Below the pieces are notes generated by a model that had not been told where the DNA came from, did no database searches, and saw only the letters and a list, made by a program, of their open reading frames with translations. Below, piece after piece: positions 10,728-23,718 of a DNA stretch of 38,834 bases (position 1 is the stretch's first letter; each line of letters opens with the position of its first letter). The stretch is from Chiloscyllium plagiosum (taxonomy: Eukaryota). The position numbers and the translations under genes are program-made. Where the stretch lies: NCBI RefSeq assembly GCF_004010195.1, contig NC_057719.1, positions 41,503,679 through 41,542,512 of the forward strand. Reading direction: 5' to 3'.

Positions 10728-12880
10728 CCACTCCCTCTGCTCCAATCCCAACCTCACCATCAAACCAGCAGATAAAGGGGTACAGTGGTAGTTTGATGCA
10801 CTGACCGCCAAACCACTGAAGCCAGACGCCAACTTGAGGACACCTCCTCCTACCGCCAACCTCGACCATGACCCCACCCCCCATCACCAAACCATCTTCC
10901 AGACCATACAGAACCTCGTCACCTCAGGAGATCTCCCACCCACAGCTTCAAATCTCATAGTCCGGGAATCCCGCACGGCCTGATTATACCTCCTTCCTAA
11001 GATCCACAAGCCTGACCACCCTGGCCGACCCAGTGTGCTCCTGCCTCACTGAACTCACCTCCACCTACCTCAACACTGTCTTATACCCCCTAGTCCAGGA
11101 ACTCCCCACATACGTTCGAGACACCACCCACACCGTCCACCTCCTCCAAGACTTCCGTTTCCCCGGCCTCCAATGCCTCATCTTCACCATGGACATCCAA
11201 CCCCTCTACACCTCCGTCTGCCATGACCAGGGCCTCCAAGCCCTCCATTTCATCCTCTCCTGACATCCCCAACAGTACCCCTCCACTGACACCTCATTTG
11301 TTTGGCTGAACTGGTCCTCACCCTCAACAATTTCTCCTTCAAATCCTCCCACTTCCTCCAGACGAAAGGGGTAGCCATGGGAACCCGTATGGGCCCCAAC
11401 TATGCCTGTCTCTTTGTTGGCTACGTAGAACAGTCCATCTTCCGTAATTACACCGGCACCACTCCCCACCTCTTCCTCTGCTACATTGATGACTGCATCG
11501 GTGCCACCCCCTCAGGCTCCCGCGAGGAGGTTGAGCAATTCATCAACTTCACCAACACATTCTACCCCAACCTTAAATTTACCTGGACCATCTCTGACAC
11601 CTCCCTCCCTTTCCTGGGCCTCTCCATCTCCATTAATGATGACCGACTTGACACTGACATTTTTTACAAACCCACCGACTCCCACAGCTATCTGGATTAC
11701 ACCTCTTCCCACCTTACCTCTTGCAAAAATGCCATCCCGTATTCCCAATTCCTCCACCTCCGCTGTATCTGCTCCCAGGAGGACCAGTTCCACCACAGAA
11801 CACACCAGATGGCCTCCTTCTTTAGAGACCACAATTTCCCTTCCCACGTGGTTAAAGATGCCCGCTAATGCATCTCATCCACATCCCGCACATCCGCCCT
11901 CAAATCCGACCCCTCCAACCGTAACAAGAACAGAACGCCCCTGGTGCTCACTTTCCACCCTAACAACCTTTGCGTAAACCACACCATCCGCCGACATTTC
12001 CGCCACCTCCAAACGGACCCCACCACCAGGGATATATTTCCCTCCCCACCCTTTTCCGCTTTCTGCAAAGACCGTTCCCTCCGTGATTACCTGGTCAGGT
12101 CCACGCCCCCCAACAACTAACCCTCCGTCCTGGCATCTTCCCCTGCCACCACAGGAATTGCAAAACCTGCGCCCACACCTCCTCCCTCACCTCCATCCAA
12201 GGCCCTAAAGGTGCCTTCCACATCCATCAAAGTTTTACTTGCACATCACCAATATCATTTATTGTATCCGTTGCTCCCACTGTGGTCTCCTCTACACTGG
12301 AGAGACTGGATGCCTCCTCACAGAACGCTTTCGGGAACATCTCTGGGACACCCGCACCAATCCACCCCACCGCACCGTGGCCCAACATTTCAACTCCACC
12401 TCCCACTCTGCCAAGGACATGGAGGTCCTGGGCCTCCTCCACCACCGTTCTCTCACCACCTGGCGTCTGGAGGAAGAACATCTCATCTTCCACCTCGGAA
12501 CACTTTAACCCCAGGGCATCAATGTGGACTTCACCAGTTTCCTCATTTCCCCTCCCCCCACCTTACCCCAGTTCCAACCTTCCAGCTCAGCACTGTCCTC
12601 ATGACCTGTCCTACCTGCCAATCTCCCTTCCCACCTATCTACTCCACCCTCCCCTCTGACTTATCACCTCCATCCCTACCCCCATTCAGCTATTTTACTC
12701 TTTGCTACCGTCTCCCCAGCCTCCCCCCTTATCTCTCCTCCCTGTCTCCATTCCTGATGAAGGACTTTTGCCCGTAGCGTCGATTTTCCTACTCCACGGA
12801 TGCTGCCTGACCTGCTGTGCTTTGCCAGCACCACTCTAATATAGACTCTGGTTTCCAGCATCTGCAGTCCTCACTTTTGC
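10728..12880 (+). mobile_element. PLE (Neptune-like) copy with RT, GIY-YIG and pLTR; disrupted ORF
   Basis: GVAMGTRMGPNYACLF, YIDD, FYKPTDSHSYLDYTSSH; Cys-rich linker; NIIYCIRCSHCGLLYTGET; degenerate hammerhead ~12753-12783. Confidence 0.93.
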
Positions 12881-13453
12881 CTGTATTGACCAGGAAGTAA
12901 TTCCATGATTCTGCAATGCCCACCCAGTGCCATTTGCCTTACGGGCAAAATTAGAGGCAGAAATCAGAAGGCTGGAGGGTGAAAGAATCATCAAGCCAGT
13001 CCAGTTTCCAGAATGGTCAGCACTGGTTGTACCAATGGTGAAGTCCGATAGATTGATTTGCCTTTGTGGGGATTTTAAACAAATGATAAATTGCTTCTCA
13101 CAGCTGGATAAATACTTAATTCCTTGCATAGAAGATTTATATGTAAACCCGGCTGGGGGTGCTGTCCTTCACGAAGCTGGACTTGAGCTATGTGTACTTG
13201 CAATTGTGATTGGATGAGGATTCCCAGAAGTATGCTACAGTTAAAAGCCATAAGGGTTTGTACCAATATTTACAAGACTGTCATTTGGGGTAGTGTCAGC
13301 CTGTGCCATTTTCCAGTGGACGATGAAGAACATTTTACACTGTCAATCCCAGGTCACCATTTATGTAGATGACATGCTAATAACAGGAATAACCAATAAG
13401 GAGCACTTAAAGAACTTAGACATCATCCTTAGATGTTTCTCCAAGGTAGGTGT

Positions 13454-13969
13454 ATGCCTTGCAAAACCAACGTAGTGTACAAAATCCCATGCAAGGATTG
13501 CACAAAACACTACATAGGACAAACAGGAAGACAGCTAACGATCTGCATCCACGAACACCAACTAGCCACGAAACGACACGACCAGCTATCCTTAGTAGCC
13601 ACATACGCAGATGACAAGCAACATGAATTTGACTGGGACAGCACTACTATTATAGGACAAGCCAAACAGAGAACAGCCAGGGAATTCCTAGAGGCATGGC
13701 ACTCATCCACAGATTCAATCAATAAGCACATCGACCTGGACCCAATATACTGACCACTGCGGCGGACAGCTGGAACTGACAATCGGAAGTGGCAGATTCA
13801 AACCACTACAAATGCCGGAGGAAAGATGACTGAAGTGCTTCACAGGAGGCTCCCAAGCACCAGGATGTCACCTAGACAGGGGACGAAACGTCTGCAACAC
13901 AAATTCCCAGCTCGGCGAACAGAACCACAACAACGAGCACCCAAGCTACAAATCTTCTCACAAACTTTG
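13454..13969 (+). mobile_element. PLE family C (Poseidon-like) 3' end with degenerate hammerhead ~13857-13894
   Basis: NVVYKIPCKDCTKHYIGQTGR..REFLEAWHS; gca-ccagga-tgtcacctagacaggggac-GAAACGTC-tgc. Confidence 0.88.
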
Positions 13970-14689
13970 AGTTCCATCAATAGGTTTATGGTTGTAAATT
14001 TGTAATAATAACAGATCACAAACCCCTGCGAGGTCTACTTAAAGAGAACAAGGCAGTGCCGCCCATAGCTTCAGGCCAATTTCAATGATCGGCTCTAATA
14101 CTAAATGTATACAATTACAAGTTGGAACACTGTCCTGGAGGCTACGTAGCAAATGTGGACGTATTGAGCTGCCTCTCACTGGCAGGTACGCCATTGGTAT
14201 TACCATTACTGAATCAGGCAGGAATGGTTTTAAATTTTCTGAACACATCCCTGGTGATTGGGAAATCAAAGGGTCATCGCAATCAGAATTGCAGCATTTT
14301 TGGATTCAGAGAGACCAGATCACAGTAGTGCATGGCAAATTATTGTGGGGAGCAAGAGTGATTGTCCTGAGTAAAAGTCGCTACCAGACACTGGCTGAAC
14401 CCCACCAGGGTCATCCAGGGGTTTCCAAAATGACGATGATGGTAAGATGTCATATGTAGTGGCCAGGACTCGATGCAGACATAGCTGCTTTGGTGGGGCA
14501 GTGCCCAGAGAACCAACAAGGATAAAAATTATTGCCAGCAGCTCCCCACGTTGTGGGCATGGGCAGGTAAACCCTAGACTTGGTTACACATCAGCAATTT
14601 CATGGGCTCAATTGTCCACTCCCACTCAAGTTGGCTGCATGGAGCTTATTTGTCAAACATGGGGATGACAATAGAAAAACTGTGCTTTG

Positions 14690-15480
14690 CCAGCATCAGT
14701 GCTACCATCTCCGTTCCAATACCTTACACTCACTTTATTTCTGTAACAGCATCCACCTCCCAGCAAGGCTCAAGCTCTCCCATTCTCATTATTGCCTGCA
14801 ACCCCTTCTCTCAGGGTTATCCCCCACCCCAATCCTCAACATTACTCATCTTACACACCCACTGTGCTGCCTACTCACTCACTCGGAAACCTCCCCAGCT
14901 GTGGGAATTGTAATAGCTATGCCACTCACTTTCACCTCCCTTAATACTTGCTCCTCCCTCACCCAGGAGGAAAATAATCCACAATAGGAAAGAAATGCTC
15001 AAGACAGTCAGTGAGCTGCCAATCTTTGGCTCCTCACACGTTATGTGGACGGCATCCTGACCGTGATTGTACTGAATAGGTAACTGACTTTATCCCCTGG
15101 ACTGATAGCAGAGGCAGACCTTAGCTTGTTGTGCCAGGACCCCCTGAATGAAGGCTATCTCTTTTGATTTTACTGAGAACAGCTGTCAACTATGACAAAC
15201 TCCTTGGTTTTTTTATCTGAGCTGGATGATAGTAACATGACTCTGTAGCTCTGGCTGAAGGGGCAAATCACACACAGGCTATGCAGGTCAGGGAGGCTGC
15301 ACGTATCCAATAGGATCAGATGAAGCAAGCACGAAGAGAGCAGCTGAACAGGCGAGAGCTGCAGCCTGGTCCAGTCCACGAGCTGGATGTTTGTCCCTAA
15401 GTGCACAGAGTGCTTGCTGCAGCATTACAATGCTAGATGCTGTTATATCCCAAAGTGTAGTGCTGAAGGACATCAGCAAA
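14690..15480 (+). mobile_element. Possible Harbinger Myb/SANT gene relic (intron plus second exon)
   Basis: cag|gaggaaataatccacaataggaaagaaatgctcaagaca (EEIIHNRKEMLKT) parallels the second exon at ~28510. Confidence 0.3.
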
Positions 15481-15487
15481 ACAGATG

Positions 15488-15660
15488 AGTTTTTGCAACA
15501 ATCAGTAGTGGTTATATGATCACCATTCAGCTAATATGTTTTATTCCAGACTTTTTATTGAATTCAAACTTCACCTTGGTGAGATTGAAACCCGTTTCTC
15601 CAGAACATTAATCTGATTTTCTAGATTACTAATCCAGTGATATTACCATCATAACTTCGC
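15488..15660 (-). mobile_element. tRNA-head SINE 5' fragment
   Basis: Reverse-complement similarity to 38425-38603 (ttgaattcaa, ccagtgata..acca). Confidence 0.6.
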
Positions 15661-16473
15661 TTCTCCGTGGAAGCACAAGTGACAAGCTGATGTCAGCAGC
15701 AACCCGTTCTGATTTTCATGTCAAATTGTCTTAATCTCTGTCTATCACATTTGATAGTAAGGTGAATATAAATGAGTTAAATTGTGGCATTAGTAAGGCA
15801 TTTAACAAGCTATAATCCCTGTCAGTTGACAAGTTTAAACTGAGGATCTCACCTCAGTGGTCGGTGAAGCATCTCAGATGGAGTGAGCTGCTCTTGATGT
15901 CAAGACGGACCTCAGTGGACTTCTTATCCAATTCCACCACAAATCTCACTATAGCCATGTCACTCCCATCCATACAAGAATACGAACATTAATTCCAACC
16001 CTTTGTGACGTTTCTTACACATTTGACAGTGATAATTGTAATTTTAGTTCAATAATGAGACTTGTTTGGCTTTCTAAAACGTTTTTAGAAATCATAACGC
16101 TTACCATAGCCACTTTAGATAGGCAGCTTCTCCTAATTGTGAAAACAATTAACCAGCCAAGTTTGGAATCAGTGTTGACTGATGTCACAAGATTATTGTG
16201 ATATTCCATCTTCATCTTTAAATATAGTCAAGCAATTCAATTACAGTACATGTAAATGAAATCAGACTAATAGATCTGCAGTTACCTATGTTTGTGCTAC
16301 ATTAGTCTGTTTTTGATTTACTGATAGCTGTCAATGATCGAGAGATAGACAGAACTTGGGTAGACGAAAAAGTGAAGATCTTGGAATGGAAAGATGAGGT
16401 TAGTGATGTTCTGGATTGGAGTTGCCTTTTTTTGTTATTTAGTGCCAAGCTATGGTGGGATTGAAATGGTAGC

Positions 16474-18848
16474 TAGAACATACAACAGTATAGCACAGAA
16501 CAGGCCCTTCAGCCCACGATGTTGTGCCGACCACTGATCCTCATGTATGCACCCTCAAATTTCTGTGACCATATGCATGTCCAGTAGTCTCTTAAATGTC
16601 CCCAATGACCTGGCTTCCACAACTGCTGCTGGCAACGCATTCCATACTCTCACAACTCTCTGAGTAAAGAACCCGCCTCTGACATCCTCTCTATACTTTC
16701 CTCCAACCAGCTTAAAACTATGACCCCTCATGTTAGTCATTTTTGCCCTGGGAAATAGAGTCGATAGCCAGAGACTATCTATGCCTCTCATTATCTTGTA
16801 TCTCCAATGAAAAAAGTCCGAGCTCAGTCAACCTCTCTTCATAAGACATGCCCTCCAGTCCAGGCAGCATCCTGGAAACCTCCTCTGAACCCTCTCCAAA
16901 GCATCCACATCTTTCCTATAATAGGGCGACCAGAACTGGACGCAGTATTCCAAGTGCGGTCTAACCAAAGTTTTATAGAGCTGCAACAAGATCTTACGAT
17001 TCTTAAACTCAATCCCCCTGTTAATGAAAGCCAAAACACCATATGCTTTCTTAACAACCCTGTCCACTTGGGTGGCCATGTTAAGGGATCTATGTACCTG
17101 CACACCAAGATCCCACTGTTCCTCCACACTGCCAAGAATCCTATCCTTAATCCTGTACTCAGCTTTCAAATTCTCTGTTGGCCAGCCAATTCTGTATCCA
17201 GACAGCTAAGTTCCCCGTATCCCATTCCTCCTGACCTTTTGAATGAGCCTACCATGGGGAACCTCATCAAATGCCTTGCTGAAGTCCATATACACCACAT
17301 CCACAGCTCGACCCTCAACAACCTTTCTAGTCACATCCTCAAATAACTCAATAAGGTTTGTAAGGCATGACCTGCCCCTCACAAAGCCGTGTGGACTGCA
17401 TTTAATCAAGCCATGCTCTTCCAGATGGTCATAAATCCTATCCCTCAGAATCCTTTCTAACACATTGCAGACGACAGATGTGAGACTTACTGGTCTGTAA
17501 TTGCCGGGAATTTCCCTATTTCCTTTCTTGAAGAGAGGAATTACATTTGCCTCTCTCCAGTCCTCAGGCACGACTCCAGTGGAGAGTGAGGATGCAAAGA
17601 TCTTTGCAAGTGGCGAAGCAATTGCATTTCTCATTTCCCAAAGCAGCCGAGGACAAATCTGGTCCGGGCCTGGCAACTTGTCAATCTTAATGTTTGACAA
17701 AAGTTTCAGCACATCAGCCTCCTCTATCTCTATCTATTCCAGCATGCACACCTGCTCTTCGAAGGTTTCATTCACTACAAAGTTCATTTCTTTCATAAAG
17801 ACAGAAGCAAAAAACTCATTTAGGGCTTCCCCTACCTCCTCAGACTCCACACACAAATTCCCTATGCTATCCCTGATCGGCCCTACTCTTTCTTTGACCA
17901 TTCTCTTATTCCTCACATAAATGTAAAATGCCTTTGTGCTCTCCTTAATCCGTTCTGCTAAGCCTTTCTTGTGCCCCCTCCTGGCTCTCCTCAGACCATT
18001 TTTGAGCTCCTTCCTCGCCTGCCTGTAATCCTCTAGAGTTGAGCTTGACCCTAGCTTCCTTCACCTTATGTAAGCTACCTTTTTTCTTTTGACAAGAAGC
18101 TCCACTGCTCTCGTCATCCAAGGTTCCTTTATCTTACCACTTTTTGCCTGTCTCAGAGGGACATATTTATTCATCACTTGCAACAACTGTTTCTTAAACA
18201 GTCTCCACATGTCTATAGTGCCTTTACCATGGAACAATTGCTCCCAATCCATGCTTCCTAACTCATATCTAATCGCATCATAGTTTCCTCTTCCCCAATT
18301 AAATATCCTCCCATTTTGCCTAACCCTCTCCTTCTCCATAGCTGTGTAGAATGTGAGGCAGTTGTGGTCACTATCACCAAAAAGCTCTCCCACCACAAGA
18401 TCTGATACCTGCCCCGGCTCGTTTCCGAGCAAGTCTAGAGGCTAAGTCTAGAATGGCCTCTCCCCTCGTCGGCCTGTCATCGTACTGAGTTCGGAAACCC
18501 TCCTGAACACATCTTACAAAAACAGTTCCATTCAAATCTTCTGCTTGAAGGAGGTTCCAATCAATATTGGGAAAGTTGAAGTCACCCATCACAACAACCC
18601 TACTACGTCCACTGTTTTCCAAAATCTGCCGACCTATGCTTTCTTCCATCTCCCTGCTGCTATTGGGGGGCCTGTAGTAAACCCCTAACGAGGTGACTGC
18701 TTCCTTACTGTTCCTAATTTCCACCCATACTAACTCGGTAGGCAGATCTTCCTCGACAATGGAAGCTTCTGTAGCTGTGATACCCTCTCTGATTAGTAGT
18801 GCTACATCCCCTCCTCTTCCCCCCCCCCCCCAAACTCTTTTTAAATGC
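16474..18848 (-). mobile_element. CR1 LINE, 5'-truncated with internal deletions (APE, RT, 3' end)
   Basis: GVYYRPPNS..VVMGDFNFPNIDW, SDHN, PGNYRPVSLTSVV, VYMDFSKAFD, PHLEYCVQFWSP. Confidence 0.95.
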
Positions 18849-20721
18849 TCAGTGGAGAAGGAGAGTGTGTTTAGCCATGATACTGAAGCCTTAAGAGATA
18901 GGGGCAGGCTTAATGAACCAACTATTCATTAATTTTGCCTATTCTTTCCTATTTATTAATTATGAGTAAATTTAAGGTTTGAGGCACAATATCAACATTT
19001 GCTGGTAACATCAAATTTGCAGCAGCTGCCGAAAATTGTAAAAACTGCAATTGTGAAGACCACAGGGAGGTTGAAAGAGGTGAGTGGAGTGATGTAGATA
19101 AGAGACATTAATACTCAATTGAAACAAATTGTACTGAAACTATGACTAAGGAAATTCTCCAACACCAGCCTTTGCACTACCTTAGGGGATTGTTACTTTT
19201 AAAGTTTTAACAACAGTATCAATTTTTCTTTGAAGAAATGTCAGTTCCACATTCCTCAGTTCTACTGAGGTTCTGCTGCACTTTCAATAACTGCCTGATG
19301 TCAGACAAATAACTCTGATTTCTAATCTGGAAGGGGGACAGTAGGTCACAACACTTGAGCTGAGCTATTCTGAGAAAGAAAAGGTCCATTATAAATCAGG
19401 AAAACGTAGAGAGATCTTAGTCGCTTGTTAAAATTAAAGCAAAAGTTTGTTCAAAGGAAGGAAAACCTCAACTTACAACACTAAATGGACAGCATGAAAA
19501 TCGCTAAGTATAAAGAGACAGTTCAAAATAGGTTCAGTTGACTTGAGATTAGCAAGAATCAGAGACGAATGGTGAACTAAGTATTAACATGAAACGACTT
19601 ATGAATATCTTGCGAGCAGCAACTTCAGCAAGCACCCCTTCTGTGAAATCATTCTTCAGCAATTAATTCTCATTTAAACTCATTTTACATAATTTCTTGG
19701 TGACCTTGAGAGCAGCATACAGTTAATTATTTTCAATAATTATATTGAAAACATTATATGTTGGCAATGATTTGTTCACTTTAGTAAGTTGCTGTGAAAC
19801 TTAAGATACTTATTATTCTTTTTTTGCCAGACTTCTGTGCTCTACCCATTTGCTCTGAAGAGTAAAAGGAACTAGACAAGCATTTTGGATAACTCAGGTT
19901 GAATACAAATAATTTGAAGAATTCACTATGTTCTTTTTCATAGTGTTACTGGAGTGTGCTTCATTTTACTCTCATTATACATGGCTGAACTTCCATATGG
20001 TAGTGCAGCCAGCAGAGCTCAGGAAGTTAGCTATCTCTAGTGTCATTAGGGCTTTATTTTGATATGGTGAGTGTGTTCTCAGAACTGACACCTCAAATGC
20101 TGATGGAACTTGAATTGGCAATAAGCTCAAAGTACAGCTGCAGCTTCTCCAAGACACATTTTCACTTCCTTTGTGGGAGAATGCCTTTGAATTAGACAAC
20201 CTATCTCTCAACCTATTTCCTCAATGGATGATCTGCTCCCTTATTTCACTACTTTTGTGGGCCCTATCTCTGAACAAAATAGTTGCTGCATTTTCACTAA
20301 ATCACAGCAACTATACTTCAAAATAACTTAGTTGGCTGGAAGGAGCTTTGGGACCTCCTGTGGTTGTGATATATTAATGCAAATTTATTTTATTTTAAGA
20401 TTACTTCATACAACTTAACGTCATCCTGAACAAAGTCATCTTATATTAATAGCGCTTTGCAATTTGCATTTCCATCTTGTTGCTGCTTTCCTCTTAAGAC
20501 CATTTGTACCTCTGACCCCAAATGCTTCGATATTCCCACATTACTCCCATACTGAACTTGACAGATATTGTTCTTGGGTGAGATGGAGAGCAGGCAATCT
20601 TGAGAGGGCTATTATGAGCCTCAGATAGCTGGAAGCAGCCTGAAGTTTTAGTTCTGCTGGGTTCATGTTGCAGTGTTCTGTTGAGTTCTCCAGTAGTCTC
20701 ATTGTAAGCCCCTGATTAAAC

Positions 20722-21392
20722 CTCCCCCCTCACCTCCCTCCAAGGCCCCAAAGGAAACTTCCATATCCGCCACAGATTCACCTGCACCTCCACACATATC
20801 ATCTATTGCATCCTCTGCACCCGATGTGGCCTCCTCTATATTGGGGAGACAGGCCGCCTACTTGCGGAGTGTTTCAGAGAACACCTCTGGGACACCCGGA
20901 CCAACCAACCCAACCACCCTGTAGCTCAACATTTCAATTCCCCCTCCCACTCCACCAAGGATATGCAGGTCTTTGGACTCCTCCATCGTCAGACCACAAC
21001 AAAACGACGGTTGGAGGAAGAACGCCTCATCTTCCAGCTAGGAACCCTCCAACCACAAGGGATGAACTCAGATTTCACCAGTTTCCTCATTTCCCCTCCC
21101 CCCAGCCTGTCTCAGTCAAATCCATCAAACTCAGCACCGCCTTCCTAACCTGCAATCTTCTTCCCGACCTCTCCGCCCCCACCCCAGTCTGACCTATCAC
21201 CCTCACCTTGACCTCTTTCCACCTATCACATTTCCGACGCCCCTCCCCCAAGTCCCTCCTCCCTACCTTTTATCTTCGCCTGCTGGACAAACTTTCCTCA
21301 TTCCTGAAGAAGGGCTTATGCCCAAAACATCGATTCTGCTGTTCCCTGGATGCTGCCTGACCTGCTGCGCTTTTCCAGCAACACATTTCCAG
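20722..21392 (+). mobile_element. PLE family B 5'-truncated copy; CpG-decayed hammerhead ~21304-21332
   Basis: GIY-YIG end RRLEEERLIFQLGTLQPQGMN; near identical to 9786-10177; TSD ccctgattaaac at 20710-20721 and 21393-21404. Confidence 0.92.
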
Positions 21393-22828
21393 CCCTGATT
21401 AAACACTGACCATCTTGGATTGAATGATTAGAGTGTACACCATATCTATTTGGAACTCAACACTGCAATCAGGTGAATCACACAAAACAGCAGTTACCTC
21501 TTGTCACCATTCTGGCAGCTTTGAATCATTTTGCTTTTAGTCATTAATTCTACCCATAACGTTAGTCCATAATGTGTTGGCTGGGTGAATCCCCAAGCTC
21601 AGAGTCACAGCGTCAGAGAGATGTACAGCACAGAAACAGATCCTTCAGTCCAACTTGTCCATGCCGACCAGATATCCCAACCCAACCTAGTCCCATCTGC
21701 CAGAACCCATCCAAATGCCTTTTAAATGTTGCAATTGTACTAGCCTCTGGAAGCCCATTCCAAACATGCACCACCATCTGTATGAAAAAGTTGCCCCTTA
21801 GGTCTCTTTTATATTTTCCACTCTCAACCTAAACCTATGCCCTCTAGTTCTGGTCTCCCCAACCTCAGGGAAAAGATCTTGTCTATTCACGTTATCCATG
21901 TCCCTCGTGATCTTATAAACCTCTATAAGGTCACCCCTCAGCCTCCAACGCTCCAGGGAAAACAGTCTTAACCTACTTAACCTCTCCCTATAGCTCAAAT
22001 CCTCCAACCCTGGCAACATCCTTGTAAATCTTTTCTGAACCCTTTCAACAACATCCTTCCGATAGGAAGGGGACCAGAATTGCATGGAATATTCCAAAAC
22101 CGACCTAACCAACATCCTGTGCAGTTCCTACACTCAATGCTCTTACCAATAAAGGAAAGCATATCAAACACCTTCTTCACTATCCTATCTACCTGTGACT
22201 CCACTTTCAAGGAGCTATGCATCTGCACAGCAAGGTCTCTTTCTTCAGCAACACTCCCTAGGACCTTGCCATTAAGTGTATAAGTCCTGCTAAGATTTGC
22301 TTTCCCAAAATGCAGCACCTCACATTTATCTAAATTAAACTCCATCTGCCACTCCTCAGCCCATTGGCTCATCTGATCAAGATCCCATTGTAAACTGAGG
22401 TAACCTTCTTCGCTGTCCACTGCACTTCCAATTTTGGTGTCATCTGCAAACTTACTAACAATACTTCTTAAGCTTACATCTAAATCATTTATATAAATGA
22501 CAAAAAGACAAGGACCCAGTACCGATCCTTGTGGCACTCCACTGGTCACAAGCCTCCAGTCTGAAAAACAATCCTCCACCACCATCCTCTATCTTCTACC
22601 TTTGAGCCACTTCTGTATCCAAATGGTTAGTTCTCCCTGTATTTCATGAGATGTAACCTTGTTAACCAAGATCTAATGCCTTACTAAAGTCCATATAGAT
22701 CACGTCAACAGCTATGCCCTCATCAATCCTCTTTGTTGTTTCTTGAAAAAAACTTAAACATGTTTGTGAGACATTGCCTTTCCAAATACATGAACATCCT
22801 GTCCCTCAGGATTCCCTCCAACAACTTG

Positions 22829-22974
22829 GGCGGCACGGTGGCACAGTGGTTAGCACTGCTGCCTCACAGCGCCAGAGGGGGTGGGGTGGGTTTCGCTTCG
22901 GCGGGTCGGTGTGGACTTGTTGGGCTGAAGGGCCTGTTTCCACACTGTAATCTAATCTAATCTAATCTAATCTA
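22829..22974 (+). mobile_element. Internally deleted HE1/V-SINE-like element inside CR1
   Basis: tRNA head ggcggcacggtggcacagtggttagcactgc joined to CR1-like tail and (TAATC)n; TSD aacttg at 22823-22828 and 22975-22980. Confidence 0.88.
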
Positions 22975-23585
22975 AACTTGCCCACCACCGAGGTCAGGCT
23001 CACTGGCCTATAGTTCCCTGGCTTGTCCTTACCACCTTTCTTAAACCGTGGCACCGCGGTAGCCAACCTCCAGTCTTCCAGCACCTCACTTGTGACTATC
23101 AATTATACAAATATCTCAGTAAGGTGCCCAGCAAGCATTTCCCTAGCTTCTCACAGAGTTCTAGGGTATACCTGAGAAGGTCCTGGGGATTTATCCACTT
23201 TTATGCGTTTCAAGACAACCTGCACTTCCTCCTCTGTAATCTGGACTTTTTCAGGATGTCACCATCTATTTCCCTACATTCTATATCTTCCATGTCCTTT
23301 TCAACAGTAAACACTGATACAAAATACTCTTTTAGTATCTCCCCCATCACCAGCGCCTCCACACAAAGGCCGCCTTGCTGATCTTTGAGGGGCCCTAGTC
23401 TCTCCCTCGTTACTCTTTTGTCCTTAGTGTATTTGTAAAAACCCTTTGGGTTCACCTATATTATATTTGCCAAAACTATCTCATGTCCTCTTTTTGCCCT
23501 CCTGATTTCCCTCTTAAGTATCCTCCTACAGCCCTTTGTACTCTTCTAAGGATTCAGTCAATCTATCCTGTCTATACCTTACATA

Positions 23586-23718
23586 GGAGAAAGTGAGGAC
23601 TGCAGATGCTGGAGATCAGAGCTGAAAATGTGTTGCTGGACAAGCGCAGCAGGTCAGGCAGCAGAAGAAGGGCTTATGCCCGAAATGTCGGAAGAAGGGC
23701 TCACGCCCGAAATGTCGA
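23586..23718. mobile_element. PLE family B pLTR micro-insertion with duplicated, inverted hammerhead core
   Basis: Minus-strand pLTR end followed by 2 x 27-nt gaagaagggc(ttat/tcac)gcccgaaatgtcg; 13-bp TSD tataccttacata at 23573-23585 and 23719-23731. Confidence 0.9.

Larger units (their letters stand above)
9204..14690 (+). mobile_element. Decayed Gypsy LTR retrotransposon interrupted by three PLE insertions
   Basis: Protease-like region ~10290-10420; RT PFALRAKLEAEIRRLE..EWSALVVPMVKSD..LCGDFK and IYVDDMLITG (12881-13453); RNase H TDHKPL (~14010); integrase Zn finger HQGHPGVSKM..WPGLD..C (~14400-14520); domain order PR-RT-RH-IN. Confidence 0.88.

Noticed and set aside
11486..12777. Pro/Ser/Thr-rich alternative-frame ORFs
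   Set aside because: By-product of the C-rich PLE coding strand.
16807..17920. Long plus-strand ORFs
   Set aside because: Antisense shadows of CR1 ORF2.
19831..19897. Plus-strand host exon after a polypyrimidine/AG acceptor
   Set aside because: Stops in all three frames and a weak donor.
22829..22880. tRNA gene (also 38430-38510)
   Set aside because: These are tRNA-derived SINE heads attached to SINE bodies or tails, with no complete cloverleaf.
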